DNA of 62,218 nt, the filler included, from Leptolyngbyaceae cyanobacterium (GTDB lineage: Bacteria; Cyanobacteriota; Cyanobacteriia; Leptolyngbyales; Leptolyngbyaceae), in assembly GCA_046080785.1 (NCBI GenBank). It is 8 parts of 8 records of this genome, joined end to end, with 100 filler letters (N's around TTAATTAATTAA, not from the genome) between each part and the next. Parts side by side here need not be neighbours in the genome. Positions count along the whole stretch, not along the records: positions 46,160 to 56,776 come from JBJTUO010000236.1; positions 56,877 to 59,566 come from JBJTUO010000238.1; positions 59,667 to 62,218 come from JBJTUO010000242.1; 5 more parts are not named here. One strand, given 5' to 3'. The first letter of the stretch is position 1. Each line of letters begins with the position of its first letter. Shown here piece by piece: positions 52,211-62,078 of the stretch. A program made the translations under genes and the position numbers. Under the pieces are notes generated by a model. That model had not been told where the DNA came from. It was given only the letters and a program-made list of their open reading frames with translations, and searched no databases.

Positions 52211-54733
52211 ATTACAGGTGAGATGGGTGTGAACATAGTCTGTCAGCTCCACAGGGACGGCCTTCACTTTCCAAATTTGATCGCAATATTCCCGGATAGA
52301 CCGATCGGAAGAGAACTTGCCCATGCGAGCAATATTTAGAATTGCCATGCGAGTCCAATCGTCCACATCCTCATAGGCCTGACTTACCCGGTCTTGACAT
52401 TCTATGTAGGCCTGATAATCTGCCAGTAGCAGATACTCGTCGTGATATAAGAGATGATCTACTAGCGGCTTAAACAAGTGGGGATCGCCGTGGGAGAAGA
52501 AACCAGAGGCAATGCGATCGATGGCCAGCTTCAACTCTGCATTACTCTCATAATAATCATGAGGGTAATAGCCCCTGGATCTTAAAGCATAGACTTCTTC
52601 TGTCGTTAACCCAAACAAGAAGAAGTGATCGGCACCAACTTCTTCCCGAATTTCAATATTGGCACCATCCAGAGTCCCAATGGTTAAAGCCCCATTCAGA
52701 GCAAACTTCATATTTCCAGTGCCAGAAGCTTCCTTACCTGCTGTAGAAATCTGCTCAGACAGGTCTGCCGCAGGGTACAAATGTTGAGCCGTCTTAACAC
52801 TAAAATCTTTGAGAAAGACCACCTTTAGCCGCCCCCCAACATCGGGATCCCGATTGACCACATCACCGATGGAATTCAGCAGCTTGATAATCAACTTGGC
52901 CATGTAATAACCAGGGGCCGCCTTGCCAGCAAATAGGAAAGTGCGGGGTGTGATATGGAGATCAGGGTTGGCCTTGAGCCGGTTATAGAGCGTAACGATG
53001 TGCAGCGCATTCAGGTGTTGCCGCTTGTATTCATGGAAACGTTTGGCCTGAATATCAAACATGCTGCTGGGATCAATTTCAATGCCCGTGTAAGCCTTGA
53101 CGTAGTTAGCATAATTGGCTTTAATCGCCTGTTTTATTTGACGAAACTCGTGGCGAAACCCCGGATCATCGACGTAGGCTTCTAACTTGCGCAGCTCATC
53201 TAGGTGCCGAATCCAACCATCCCCAATCTTGGCAGTAATCAGATCGGTCAAACGAGGATTACTGAGTACCATGAACCGACGGGGTGTAACCCCATTGGTC
53301 TTGTTAATGAACTTTTGCGGATACATTTCATAAAAGTCTCGCAGCACATCCCTCTGGAGCAGCTCTGTATGGAGGGCTGCGACTCCATTGATCGCAAAAC
53401 TGCCAACACAGGCTAAATTTGCCATCCGAACATAACGCTCACCGCTTTCATCAATCAGGGACATGCGGCTGAGCCGGTCTAGATCATCTGGAAATTTAAT
53501 CCGAACATCGTCTAGAAAGCGGGTATTGATTTCGTAGATGATCTCCAGATGACGAGGGAGAAAGGCCCCAAACATGTTCAATGGCCAGCGTTCTAGAGCT
53601 TCTGGCAGTAGGGTGTGATTGGTGTAAGCAAAGGTCTTCTCAGTAATTGACCAGGCTTGACTCCACTCCATGCCATGCTCGTCTACCAGTAACCGCATCA
53701 ACTCAACCACTGCGATCGAGGGGTGAGTATCATTCAGTTGCACCGTGAATTTTTCATGGAATTGACTGAGAGGAATATTTTGCTGTTGCATAACCCGGAT
53801 CATGTCTTGCAACGAGCAAGAGACAAAGAAGATCTGCTGCGCCAGTCGCAATTGCTTGCCCTGAGACACGTTGTCGTTGGGATACAGGACTTTTGAGAGA
53901 TTTTCTGAATCCATTTTTTCCTGGACAGCGCCCAGATAATCCCCCGAGTTAAACGCCTCAAAGTCAAAGGACTCTGGAGCCTCTGCTGACCAGAGCCTCA
54001 GGGTATTAGCGGTATTGACCCGATACCCCAGGATCGGCGTGTCATAGGGCACCCCCTTCACCACCTTAAAGGGAACCCAGCGCACCCGGAAGCGGCCGGT
54101 GTCTTCATCAACATAAGATTCTGTATGCCCCCCCAACTTGACTTCTACAGACCACTCTGGCCGGGGAATTTCCCAGGGATTGCCGTTGAGCAACCACTTA
54201 TCGGTCATTTCAACTTGCCAACCATCCTTGATATCCTGGTCAAAAATACCGTATTCATAGCGGATACCATAGCCGAGGCTGGGAATTTGCAGCGTCGCCA
54301 TAGAGTCGAGGTAGCAAGCGGCGAGGCGTCCCAGCCCCCCATTCCCTAAACCGGGCTCTTCTTCTTGCTCCAGTAATTGATCCAGATCAAGGCCCAACTC
54401 GGTCATGGCCTGCTTCACCTGGTCGTAGATCCCCATGTTGATCAGGTTATTGCCCAGGTGAGGCCCCATGAGAAACTCAGCCGATAGGTAACAGACAGTG
54501 CGAGCCCGCTCCCTGGTATAGGTCTCTGCGGTATTGATCCATCGCTGCAACAAACGATCCCGAACAGCATAGGCCAGGGCCATATAGTAGTCATACTGGG
54601 TGGCGATCGCTGGAAACTTCCCCTGGACGTAAAACAGGTTGTCAACAAAGGCCCGCTTAAACGCCTCGATACTCAAGCCTGTACGTTCGTCTTCCTGGTT
54701 GGCGCTAGGTTGCAGGTTGGGCAAAGTTTGCAT
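52184..54733 (-). CDS. glgP: Glycogen phosphorylase
   Basis: GNGGLGRLAAC, QLNDTHP, EASGTGNMK. Confidence 0.97.
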   Translation of the reverse strand: MQTLPNLQPSANQEDERTGLSIEAFKRAFVDNLFYVQGKFPAIATQYDYYMALAYAVRDRLLQRWINTAETYTRERARTVCYLSAEFLMGPHLGNNLINMGIYDQVKQAMTELGLDLDQLLEQEEEPGLGNGGLGRLAACYLDSMATLQIPSLGYGIRYEYGIFDQDIKDGWQVEMTDKWLLNGNPWEIPRPEWSVEVKLGGHTESYVDEDTGRFRVRWVPFKVVKGVPYDTPILGYRVNTANTLRLWSAEAPESFDFEAFNSGDYLGAVQEKMDSENLSKVLYPNDNVSQGKQLRLAQQIFFVSCSLQDMIRVMQQQNIPLSQFHEKFTVQLNDTHPSIAVVELMRLLVDEHGMEWSQAWSITEKTFAYTNHTLLPEALERWPLNMFGAFLPRHLEIIYEINTRFLDDVRIKFPDDLDRLSRMSLIDESGERYVRMANLACVGSFAINGVAALHTELLQRDVLRDFYEMYPQKFINKTNGVTPRRFMVLSNPRLTDLITAKIGDGWIRHLDELRKLEAYVDDPGFRHEFRQIKQAIKANYANYVKAYTGIEIDPSSMFDIQAKRFHEYKRQHLNALHIVTLYNRLKANPDLHITPRTFLFAGKAAPGYYMAKLIIKLLNSIGDVVNRDPDVGGRLKVVFLKDFSVKTAQHLYPAADLSEQISTAGKEASGTGNMKFALNGALTIGTLDGANIEIREEVGADHFFLFGLTTEEVYALRSRGYYPHDYYESNAELKLAIDRIASGFFSHGDPHLFKPLVDHLLYHDEYLLLADYQAYIECQDRVSQAYEDVDDWTRMAILNIARMGKFSSDRSIREYCDQIWKVKAVPVELTDYVHTHLTCNLEGGCEIT

Positions 54734-54924
54734 AACTGATGTTCCTTGATGGACTGTTGCTATTTTCCTAGAGAGAAGTAGGAAACCGTTGGAAATTAAT
54801 GTTGCTGTAATCTTGATGATTTAAACCATGACCTGAGAAGGCAGGATGAAATGTATTCCATGCTACGCATGAGTGCAAGACCGATAGGCACTCCTTAACG
54901 ATGGACAACCCTTTGTTGGCCAGA

Positions 54925-55338
54925 TCACCACACAGTGACCTGTGCTTGCATCCACTGGAAGGCAACCAGATTCAGCACCAGGCCATTGGCAAAGACTAGC
55001 ACCATTAAGACAATTTGATACCACTCAATCGGCCGCACCTGTAAATCCATGGCAGCATGGAGGAAATTCATCACGGTGTAAACAAGAGTCAGCCCGAAGT
55101 GCAATATCCGGTAGGTGGGGGAGGCATTGATCACCGTCAACACGATCGCCACCATTGGGATGGCAAAGAAGCCTAGCATCAGCCATAGGTGAGAAACCGG
55201 CATCTTTCCTTTTGTTTCGGGCATGGCGATGCTCTCACCGTAGAGAAGAGGCATCATTGCTAGCTGGCTGTGAAACACCATGCCAAATAAAAAAACTGCC
55301 CACAGTGCAATAATTTGAGTTTGAAGACCAAATTCCAT
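54925..55338 (-). CDS. Hypothetical 4-TM membrane protein
   Basis: 137 aa, four hydrophobic segments. Confidence 0.7.
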   Translation of the reverse strand: MEFGLQTQIIALWAVFLFGMVFHSQLAMMPLLYGESIAMPETKGKMPVSHLWLMLGFFAIPMVAIVLTVINASPTYRILHFGLTLVYTVMNFLHAAMDLQVRPIEWYQIVLMVLVFANGLVLNLVAFQWMQAQVTVW

Positions 55339-55425
55339 AGATCCCCCTTCCCCGCGCTCAGAGGAGCAATCCCCTCAGTGATCTACCTTTATTTTACTGG
55401 GTGGTCTTCTGGAACATTTCAAGTT

Positions 55426-55549
55426 GTTAACACTCTTCATGCCTGAAGGCATGGGATTCTTGGTTGATCAAGACCACTTAAATTCGATGAAACGGTAAAA
55501 TCGAAGTAGACCCGCGACGCAGCCCCATGTCTAAAGGCAGGAGTTTTTC
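55426..55549. mobile_element. Non-autonomous IS200/IS605 derivative (PATE-like)
   Basis: Two subterminal hairpins, CATGCCTGAAGGCATG and CCCCATGTCTAAAGGCAGGAG, with no ORF between them. Confidence 0.6.
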
Positions 55550-56533
55550 ATGCAGTGTCGTACTTGCGTCATTCCAATGCTGTTGCTGGTTGGTCTGTTG
55601 TCTGCGGTTGGGTGCACTCAACGTTCAACAGTTACCCCTAAACCACAAAAGTTGCAGGTCACCGTCAGCATCCCCCCTCAAAAGTATTTTGTCGAACGGA
55701 TTGGCAATGGTTACGTCACGGTGAATGTGATGGTGCCCCCTGGAGCAGAGCCCCATACCTTTGAGCCCAAACCTGAGCAGCTCAAGGCTCTCAGCCGTTC
55801 TAGTGCCTATTTGCGCATCCAGATGGATTTTGAGCAGGCCTGGATGGATAAATTTATTGCCGCCAACCCCAAAATGCTCATTGTGGATACCACCCAGGGC
55901 ATTCAACGGTTGCCACTTGCTGGCGGTCTCCATGGGCAAGAGAAAACCAGCACTGCCCATCCCGGTGAAAACCTGGATCCCCACATCTGGCTGTCTCCCC
56001 GCCTGGTTAAGGTACAGGCCCAGACCATCCAGACTGCACTGGCCCAATTAGACCCCCCCCATAAAGCGGCTTATCAGGCCAACTTGCGACAATTCCTGGC
56101 AGATATTGATGCTCTGGATCAGGAGATTCGGACAACTTTAAAGGGGGTAAAGAACCGCAAGTTTATCGTGTTTCATCCCAGCTGGGGTTACTTTGCCCGA
56201 GATTATCAACTGGAACAAATCCCAATTGAAGTAGGCGGGCAAGAGCCCAGCGCTGCAGAACTGGCGGCTTTGATTGTCAGGGCCAAACAAGATCAAATCA
56301 AAGTGGTGTTTGCCGAGCCCCAGTTTAGCCAAAAAACCGCTGACACTATTGCCAGAGAAATCGGGGGCGAAGTTTTGCTAATTGACCCCTTATCACCGAA
56401 TTGGGCCACCAATCTGCGCACCGTAGCCCAGACCTTTAGTCGGGTACTGAGCCAAACTCTCGTGACATATCCTTGTATCTTCAGAGATAAGGCAACCCGT
56501 CCCATCCTCGGTGAGTCAAACACCGCTTTGTAG
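55550..56533 (+). CDS. znuA: Zn/Mn ABC substrate-binding lipoprotein; last ~23 aa derived from inserted IS sequence
   Basis: EPHTFEP, DPHIWLSP, VFHPSWGYF; lipobox VGC. Confidence 0.88.
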   Translation: MQCRTCVIPMLLLVGLLSAVGCTQRSTVTPKPQKLQVTVSIPPQKYFVERIGNGYVTVNVMVPPGAEPHTFEPKPEQLKALSRSSAYLRIQMDFEQAWMDKFIAANPKMLIVDTTQGIQRLPLAGGLHGQEKTSTAHPGENLDPHIWLSPRLVKVQAQTIQTALAQLDPPHKAAYQANLRQFLADIDALDQEIRTTLKGVKNRKFIVFHPSWGYFARDYQLEQIPIEVGGQEPSAAELAALIVRAKQDQIKVVFAEPQFSQKTADTIAREIGGEVLLIDPLSPNWATNLRTVAQTFSRVLSQTLVTYPCIFRDKATRPILGESNTAL

Positions 56534-56776
56534 CCTGGGTGCCTGTATTGTTAAAAAGAGCGTGGCGAGCCAGTTCATCCCAGGTGCTTGACACCGTTTG
56601 GTAGCCACCGGAGCCACGCTGTCAGCCCAATGATACAAGCTCGAACAATCGCTGGAGGTTCAACCTCGGATTCGCAAGGACGAGTTGTCAAAGGGACAAA
56701 AACACTTACTCTCAGCATAAACGATGAGTTCAGAAAAAACATGGGTTGGCATTGATGTCAGTCAAGATCATCTTGA
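56472..56776 (+). mobile_element. IS110 family element: left end plus recombinase start (ATG 56724), truncated by gap
   Basis: MSSEKTWVGIDVSQDHL (GID DEDD motif); about 250-bp structured non-coding left end starting CT-TGTAT. Confidence 0.85.
56485..56700 (+). ncRNA. Putative IS110 bridge RNA
   Basis: 5' hairpin; stem AGCGTGGC/GCCACGCT enclosing a target loop; stem ACAAGCTCG/CGAGTTGT enclosing a donor loop. Boundaries approximate. Confidence 0.75.
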
Positions 56777-56876
56777 NNNNNNNNNNNNNNNNNNNNNNNN
56801 NNNNNNNNNNNNNNNNNNNNTTAATTAATTAANNNNNNNNNNNNNNNNNNNNNNNNNNNNNNNNNNNNNNNNNNNN

Positions 56877-57215
56877 GATCTGGAACAGGTGAAACAGGGG
56901 ATTGGTCAAGAAATTGCAACCAAGCAATCTATTCTTAATCAGTTGCCGCCCCTTATTGAAAGCGGTGTCTTAGATCAGGAAACAGCGGATTTACGGGCCT
57001 ACAAATTGAGAACGGAGATCGCGGTTCTGCAAAATAAAGTGGCTCAGTTACCCCCTGTGAATTTAAGGGCGATCGCTCAAACGGTTTCTTTACCTCAATT
57101 CTGGCTCGATTTATCGGAAGTTGAACGACGGTTTTATTTTCGTGAGTTTATTCAAAAAATTGAGGTGCATCGGCAACAGCGGAGTTGGCACCTGACGCTC
57201 ACATTTATTTTTTAA
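56877..57215 (+). CDS. Serine recombinase family protein, C-terminus (5' in gap)
   Basis: Coiled coil then FWLDLSEVERRFYFREFIQKIEV. Confidence 0.65.
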   Translation, partial: DLEQVKQGIGQEIATKQSILNQLPPLIESGVLDQETADLRAYKLRTEIAVLQNKVAQLPPVNLRAIAQTVSLPQFWLDLSEVERRFYFREFIQKIEVHRQQRSWHLTLTFIF

Positions 57216-57350
57216 GGGAGTTGCCCGTTTAAAGTAGGGCAAGTCAATCACCCTGCAAGTAGTGAGAAAGGGATGGAAAGACAGACTTTCTGATGGGAGT
57301 GAACTGATTGACTGACAAAAGATGAGCATTAAAGCTCAAATCCCCCATAA

Positions 57351-58967
57351 GTTAACGCCTCGCATCAATGCAGAGCATCAGTAGCCACAGAAAGCGGCAA
57401 TGATACCCTATCGATTTCTGGGTTTGGGTTTGGGTCTGGTCTTGGTAGCGGAACCGGTATTGGCTATGGCGTATACCAGGCATCAGTAACCACAGGCAAG
57501 GGCGATGATACCCTATCGATTTTTGGTGAGGGAGGTAGTTCTCGCCTCATCGAAAACGGAACTGGTATTGGCTATGGGGTATACCAAGCATCGGTAGACG
57601 CTGGTGATGGCAAAGATGTTATCAACATTTCAGGCACTGCTGATGCCAGTGGAGGAACTGCTACTGCTACTGCCTACGGGGTCTATCAAGCCTCCGTTTA
57701 TGGCGGCTCCGACGATGATACCATCAACATTTCGGGTACCGCTGATGCCAGCGGTGATACTACAACTGCCATAGCCTATGGCGTGTATCAGGCCTCCGTA
57801 AGTGGTGGGAGCGGTAATGACAGCATCAACATTTCGGGCACTAACTTTGGTATCAAAGATGCTCTAGTTTCTGGTGACGAGGGCAATGATAGCTTCAATG
57901 TCGGGAGAGGGCAGGGCACTGTAGACGGTGGATCGGGCTTTGACACTCTGCAAATTGACTATTTTTTGGGTGGAGTGAAACCCTCTGATATAACCGTCAG
58001 AGCCGGTAGTAATGGAGATATATTCATTAGTGGCAAGAGAGACAATCTGAATAATTTCTTTGATGCCAATGGTAGTTCTAATGCCTGGAGCCAAACAATT
58101 AAAGGGGTTGAACAATTTGCGGTAAATGGAGTTACCTATACTGCTTCACAGTTTGTCCAAACATTTGGATACAGCTTTAGTGTCAGCAAGCCTTCAGCAG
58201 ATCTGACCAATGATTGGTGGACAACTTTTACTGCGATTCCTGCAAGTCAAAATCCGTTGGTAAAAGACGCAACAGTGGATGACATTCCGCAGTCGGGAAA
58301 TATTCACTTCTTAGGGGGGCTGTTTGGCAGCGGTTCAGTAACACGTCATATTTCTGTAGCCAATGATCAAACCATAGTCATCCCCATTTTGACTTCAGGT
58401 GCCGATAATGTAGGCTGGAACTTTAGTGATCCTGACCAGCCAGCTTACAGTGGTGATGGCAGTTTTCCGGGGTTGCCTGTTCCCTACCAATTTTCAATTG
58501 AGGATCTCAAAACTCTGGCTGGCGCAATTATCGATACTGCGTCTGGTGTATCCCTTAAAGTTAACGGTGCTTTGCTGGTTTCCGATGCTAACCAAAATCA
58601 GTATCGACTGGCATCCGCTGGCCCTTACAGCTTAACTCTTCCTCCAGAAGACGATATTTTAGGCTATAGGGCTAATTATCCGGCAGAGTGGGTTCAACCT
58701 CCTTACACTAAAGGTGTGCAGGATGGTATCTGGGTAGCACTAAATGATTTACCCTTCGGAGAAAACACCATTCATTTTACCGGTCAAGTCGATTACGGCA
58801 ACATCGTGGTGCAGGATTGGGATTATAGCGGTAGTGTAGGGGATACGCCGCTAGAGTACCTCGCCGGGCTGTTGACAGGTGCTGGAACCGCTTCACTTGA
58901 TATTACTTATCAGGTTGATGTGCTTTCAAGGCCAGCGTATAACTCCTACCTTACATCGTTTGCTTAA
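57351..58967 (+). CDS. RTX-like glycine/aspartate repeat extracellular protein, probably 5'-truncated
   Basis: Frame open from 57351 with YGVYQASV..G.G.D.I.ISG repeats, but first start codon is GTG 57783. Confidence 0.6.
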   Translation, partial: VNASHQCRASVATESGNDTLSISGFGFGSGLGSGTGIGYGVYQASVTTGKGDDTLSIFGEGGSSRLIENGTGIGYGVYQASVDAGDGKDVINISGTADASGGTATATAYGVYQASVYGGSDDDTINISGTADASGDTTTAIAYGVYQASVSGGSGNDSINISGTNFGIKDALVSGDEGNDSFNVGRGQGTVDGGSGFDTLQIDYFLGGVKPSDITVRAGSNGDIFISGKRDNLNNFFDANGSSNAWSQTIKGVEQFAVNGVTYTASQFVQTFGYSFSVSKPSADLTNDWWTTFTAIPASQNPLVKDATVDDIPQSGNIHFLGGLFGSGSVTRHISVANDQTIVIPILTSGADNVGWNFSDPDQPAYSGDGSFPGLPVPYQFSIEDLKTLAGAIIDTASGVSLKVNGALLVSDANQNQYRLASAGPYSLTLPPEDDILGYRANYPAEWVQPPYTKGVQDGIWVALNDLPFGENTIHFTGQVDYGNIVVQDWDYSGSVGDTPLEYLAGLLTGAGTASLDITYQVDVLSRPAYNSYLTSFA

Positions 58968-59241
58968 AACAGCCTTGGCCAGAACGCCGAAGGCAGGCTG
59001 AATCAGTCAATGAACGATTTAGCCTTTTAGGCAAGCAGCGATCGCCCGATGAGAGCAGGGGGCGATCGCCCATAGACGGTATTTTATTGTAACTCAGATC
59101 TTGCACCATTCTCAAGAAGACCTATTTCCATCATTTCTGACGATCTCCTTACTCCGCCCTGAGCTAAAAGTTCGGACTAATAGAGGCAAGTCCACTGAAG
59201 TAGGCTGGAAAGCCCAAGTTAGTGTTTGGCTGGTTGAGTCT

Positions 59242-59426
59242 TTAACCTGCATAATTCATGAGGTAACTGAACTTCCGTCATTCTCGCGTAGGCGGGAATC
59301 CACCCTGATAGAAGTTGCCCAACCTGGATTCCCGTTCCCCACTCGCAGGTGAGGACAAGTGCCACGGGAATGACAGCCAATAAATGGTAGCCAATAATTG
59401 AGGGGTTCGTGAATAATCCAGGTTAA
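59242..59426. mobile_element. MITE with REP-like palindromes (long copy, 185 bp)
   Basis: TTAACCTGCATAATTCATGA...TCGTGAATAATCCAGGTTAA; internal GTCATTCTCGCGTAGGCGGGAATCC and GGATTCCCG...CGGGAATGAC. Confidence 0.8.
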
Positions 59427-59666
59427 GCAGATTCAGCAGATTGAAATGTTAACGAATACCCAACAACAAGTAATCGTGGAAAAAATTCTTGTTAGGGGCG
59501 GTGACTGGCGGCTGTCACTCCACAGCTTGGGCAATCCATTGCTTTAGGGTAGAAACCACCTCTGCCNNNNNNNNNNNNNNNNNNNNNNNNNNNNNNNNNN
59601 NNNNNNNNNNTTAATTAATTAANNNNNNNNNNNNNNNNNNNNNNNNNNNNNNNNNNNNNNNNNNNN

Positions 59667-59790
59667 AAAGTGTTTCGGGTTCGGTTGACTCAGCAGGAAT
59701 GGGACAAGTTGGAACGCAACGCGCAAGAGCTCGGCATATCAAGCGCAGAGCTAATGCGGGACTATATCAAAAGCTTGGCGAACTTGCCTG
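59667..59790 (+). CDS. RHH/CopG-like fragment at contig edge
   Basis: FRVRLTQQEWDKLE...GISSAELMRDYIKSL; such proteins often accompany cyanobacterial tnpB elements. Confidence 0.5.
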
Positions 59791-59975
59791 CTTCGGGGGC
59801 ATCAAACCCCAGTCATGTGAAATTTGCGTTTAGACTATTTACAGTCTCTTCCATAACAAGCGGCATTCCAAGCATATGGGCAAAGCTGAAATGGCAGCGT
59901 TTTCTCCAGTCCCTGCCCCAAGAGCGAACCTGGCGACATTTTGTGCAAACCCACCTGGCAAGGGTAACCCTTTAA

Positions 59976-61657
59976 TGGCTATCTCAGCAAAGACAAAGGG
60001 CTGTTTGTCTCTCAGCCCCAAACAAACCCTTGCCATGACCACCCGGGATGGCATTCGTCTAGATGCAGATATTTACTGCCCTCAAGGGGAGGGGCCATTC
60101 CCCGTCTTGTTAATGCGCCAACCCTACGGTAGAGCGATCGCCTCAACAGTGGTCTATGCCCACCCCACCTGGTATGCCGCCCACGGATATATGGTTGTGA
60201 TTCAGGATGTGCGGGGACGGGGCACCTCTGAAGGGGAGTTTTACCCCTTTGCCCATGAAATTGAAGATGGGTTTGATACGGTGCAGTGGGCCGCGACGCT
60301 GCCGGGTAGCAACGGCAAGGTTGGGATGTATGGCTTTTCATACCAGGGTATGACCCAACTCTATGCGGCAATTGCCCAGCCTCCAGCCTTGGCTGCCCTC
60401 TGCCCAGCCATGCTGGCCTATGATCTGTGTCGGGATATGGCCTACGAAAATGGGGCTTTTTACTGGCAGGCTACCCTAGGGTGGGCGATTCAACTGGAGG
60501 CTGAAACTGCCCGACTCAAAGCAGATCAAGCAGCTTATCAGGCCCTGTTTGCGGCCTCGCGGAATCTACCTGTTTACGACCCAATTCCCACTCGACCTCA
60601 GGTGTTAGAGCAATATGCTCCCCATTCTTTTTATTTTGACTGGTTAGACAATCCCGATCCTGACAGTCCATACTGGCAGACCTACTCGCCCCACTTCCGC
60701 ATAGATCAAGTTGATTTGCCGATGCTTCACATTGGCGGCTGGTTTGACATCTATCTGCGCGGTAATCTCAACTTGTATCAGGCCATGGTCGATCGCAGCG
60801 CCCAGCCCCAACATCTAATCATTGGCCCCTGGCCCCACCTGCCCTGGAGCCGTCGAGCGAGTGCCATCGATTTTGGCCCTGCTGCCGCCAGCCCCATCGA
60901 TCGCCTGCAAATTCGTTGGTTTGATCAGTTTTTAAAGGGCATTGATACTGGCTTGCTGCAACAGAACCCGGTACAGCTATTCGAGATCGGCTGTAACCAG
61001 TGGCGATCGTTTCCCACCTTCCCCCAGCCAAAACTGCAACGCTGGTACCTTAATTCCTCCGGTCTGGCCAGCCTGTCTGACGCCGAAGGTAGACTCCAGG
61101 AAATCCCTGCCCCAGAGTTTATAGATGTCATCGTGCATGACCCTTGGAGGCCCGTTCCCTCCCAGGGCGGTCATGGGGCGATTCCCGCTGGGGTGTTTGA
61201 CCGATCGGCCATTGATGGCCGTAGTGATGTTTTGACCTATACCAGCCCGCCGCTGCAACAAACCTTGCGACTGGCTGGCGTAGTTCAGCTTGAATTGTAT
61301 TGCTCAGCCGATCGTCCCAGCTTTGATCTATGCGCAGTTTTATCAGTAGTCACCCCCCAAGGTGAGGTGTTCAATATAAGCCAGGGCTACACCCGACTTG
61401 AACCAGGACAATCCACTACCCCGGTTTCACTGGCGCTACAACCGATTTGCATTGAGCTGAAACCGGAGCAGGCGATTCGTCTCAGCATTAGTGCTGCTTG
61501 CTTTCCGGCCCATGCGGTCAATTCAGGCACAGGTGCCCCCCCCAGCCAGACCCGGTCTATGGATCATCAAATTACGACGGTCACAATCCAGGGGGGCGGG
61601 GCTGCTGGCTCATGCCTGCAGCTACCCGTTCTCAGTAGTGTCCCAGCTTCAGCGTAG
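59976..61657 (+). CDS. CocE/NonD family hydrolase
   Basis: RDGIRLDADIY, QDVRGRG, GFSYQG nucleophile, GWFD, GPWPH; start uncertain (59876/59976/60035). Confidence 0.92.
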
Positions 61658-61717
61658 ATCTGAGCGCAGAAAGTGCAGATGGCTGGGCGATCGTCATCCT
61701 ACATACTGAACTTTGGA

Positions 61718-62056
61718 CTAATGGGGTGACAGGGGCGGTTGCAGACGGACAGGCAAAATCGCCGCATCCGGTCGCATCCAGACGCTACTATCCCCTACCA
61801 GCAGAGGTTGCTCCTCGCTTGGTATCTGCTGGGTCAGCAATTTCATCAGCTTGTGCCGGGAAGGACGACTGTCCTGTAATGCTGCATACACACTCGACCA
61901 CTTTCGTCGGAATACAGGACTTTGCGACAGACTAACAAACGACGGGATACTTGGACTCACCAGCACCGCGTCCATCAGTTCAAACACCGCATCTCTCGCT
62001 TTGCCCAGACAGTGGTAGATCGCTTGCCGAAATTCTTGAAGTTGAGTCAAAATCAT
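61718..62056 (-). pseudogene. Truncated DDE transposase (IS4/IS701-like)
   Basis: LQEFRQ...ARDAVFELMDAVL...SPVFRRKWSSVYAAL..., VGDSS.W.RPDA then premature end. Confidence 0.75.
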
Positions 62057-62078
62057 CAGGTCAATGTTTTTAATAAAC

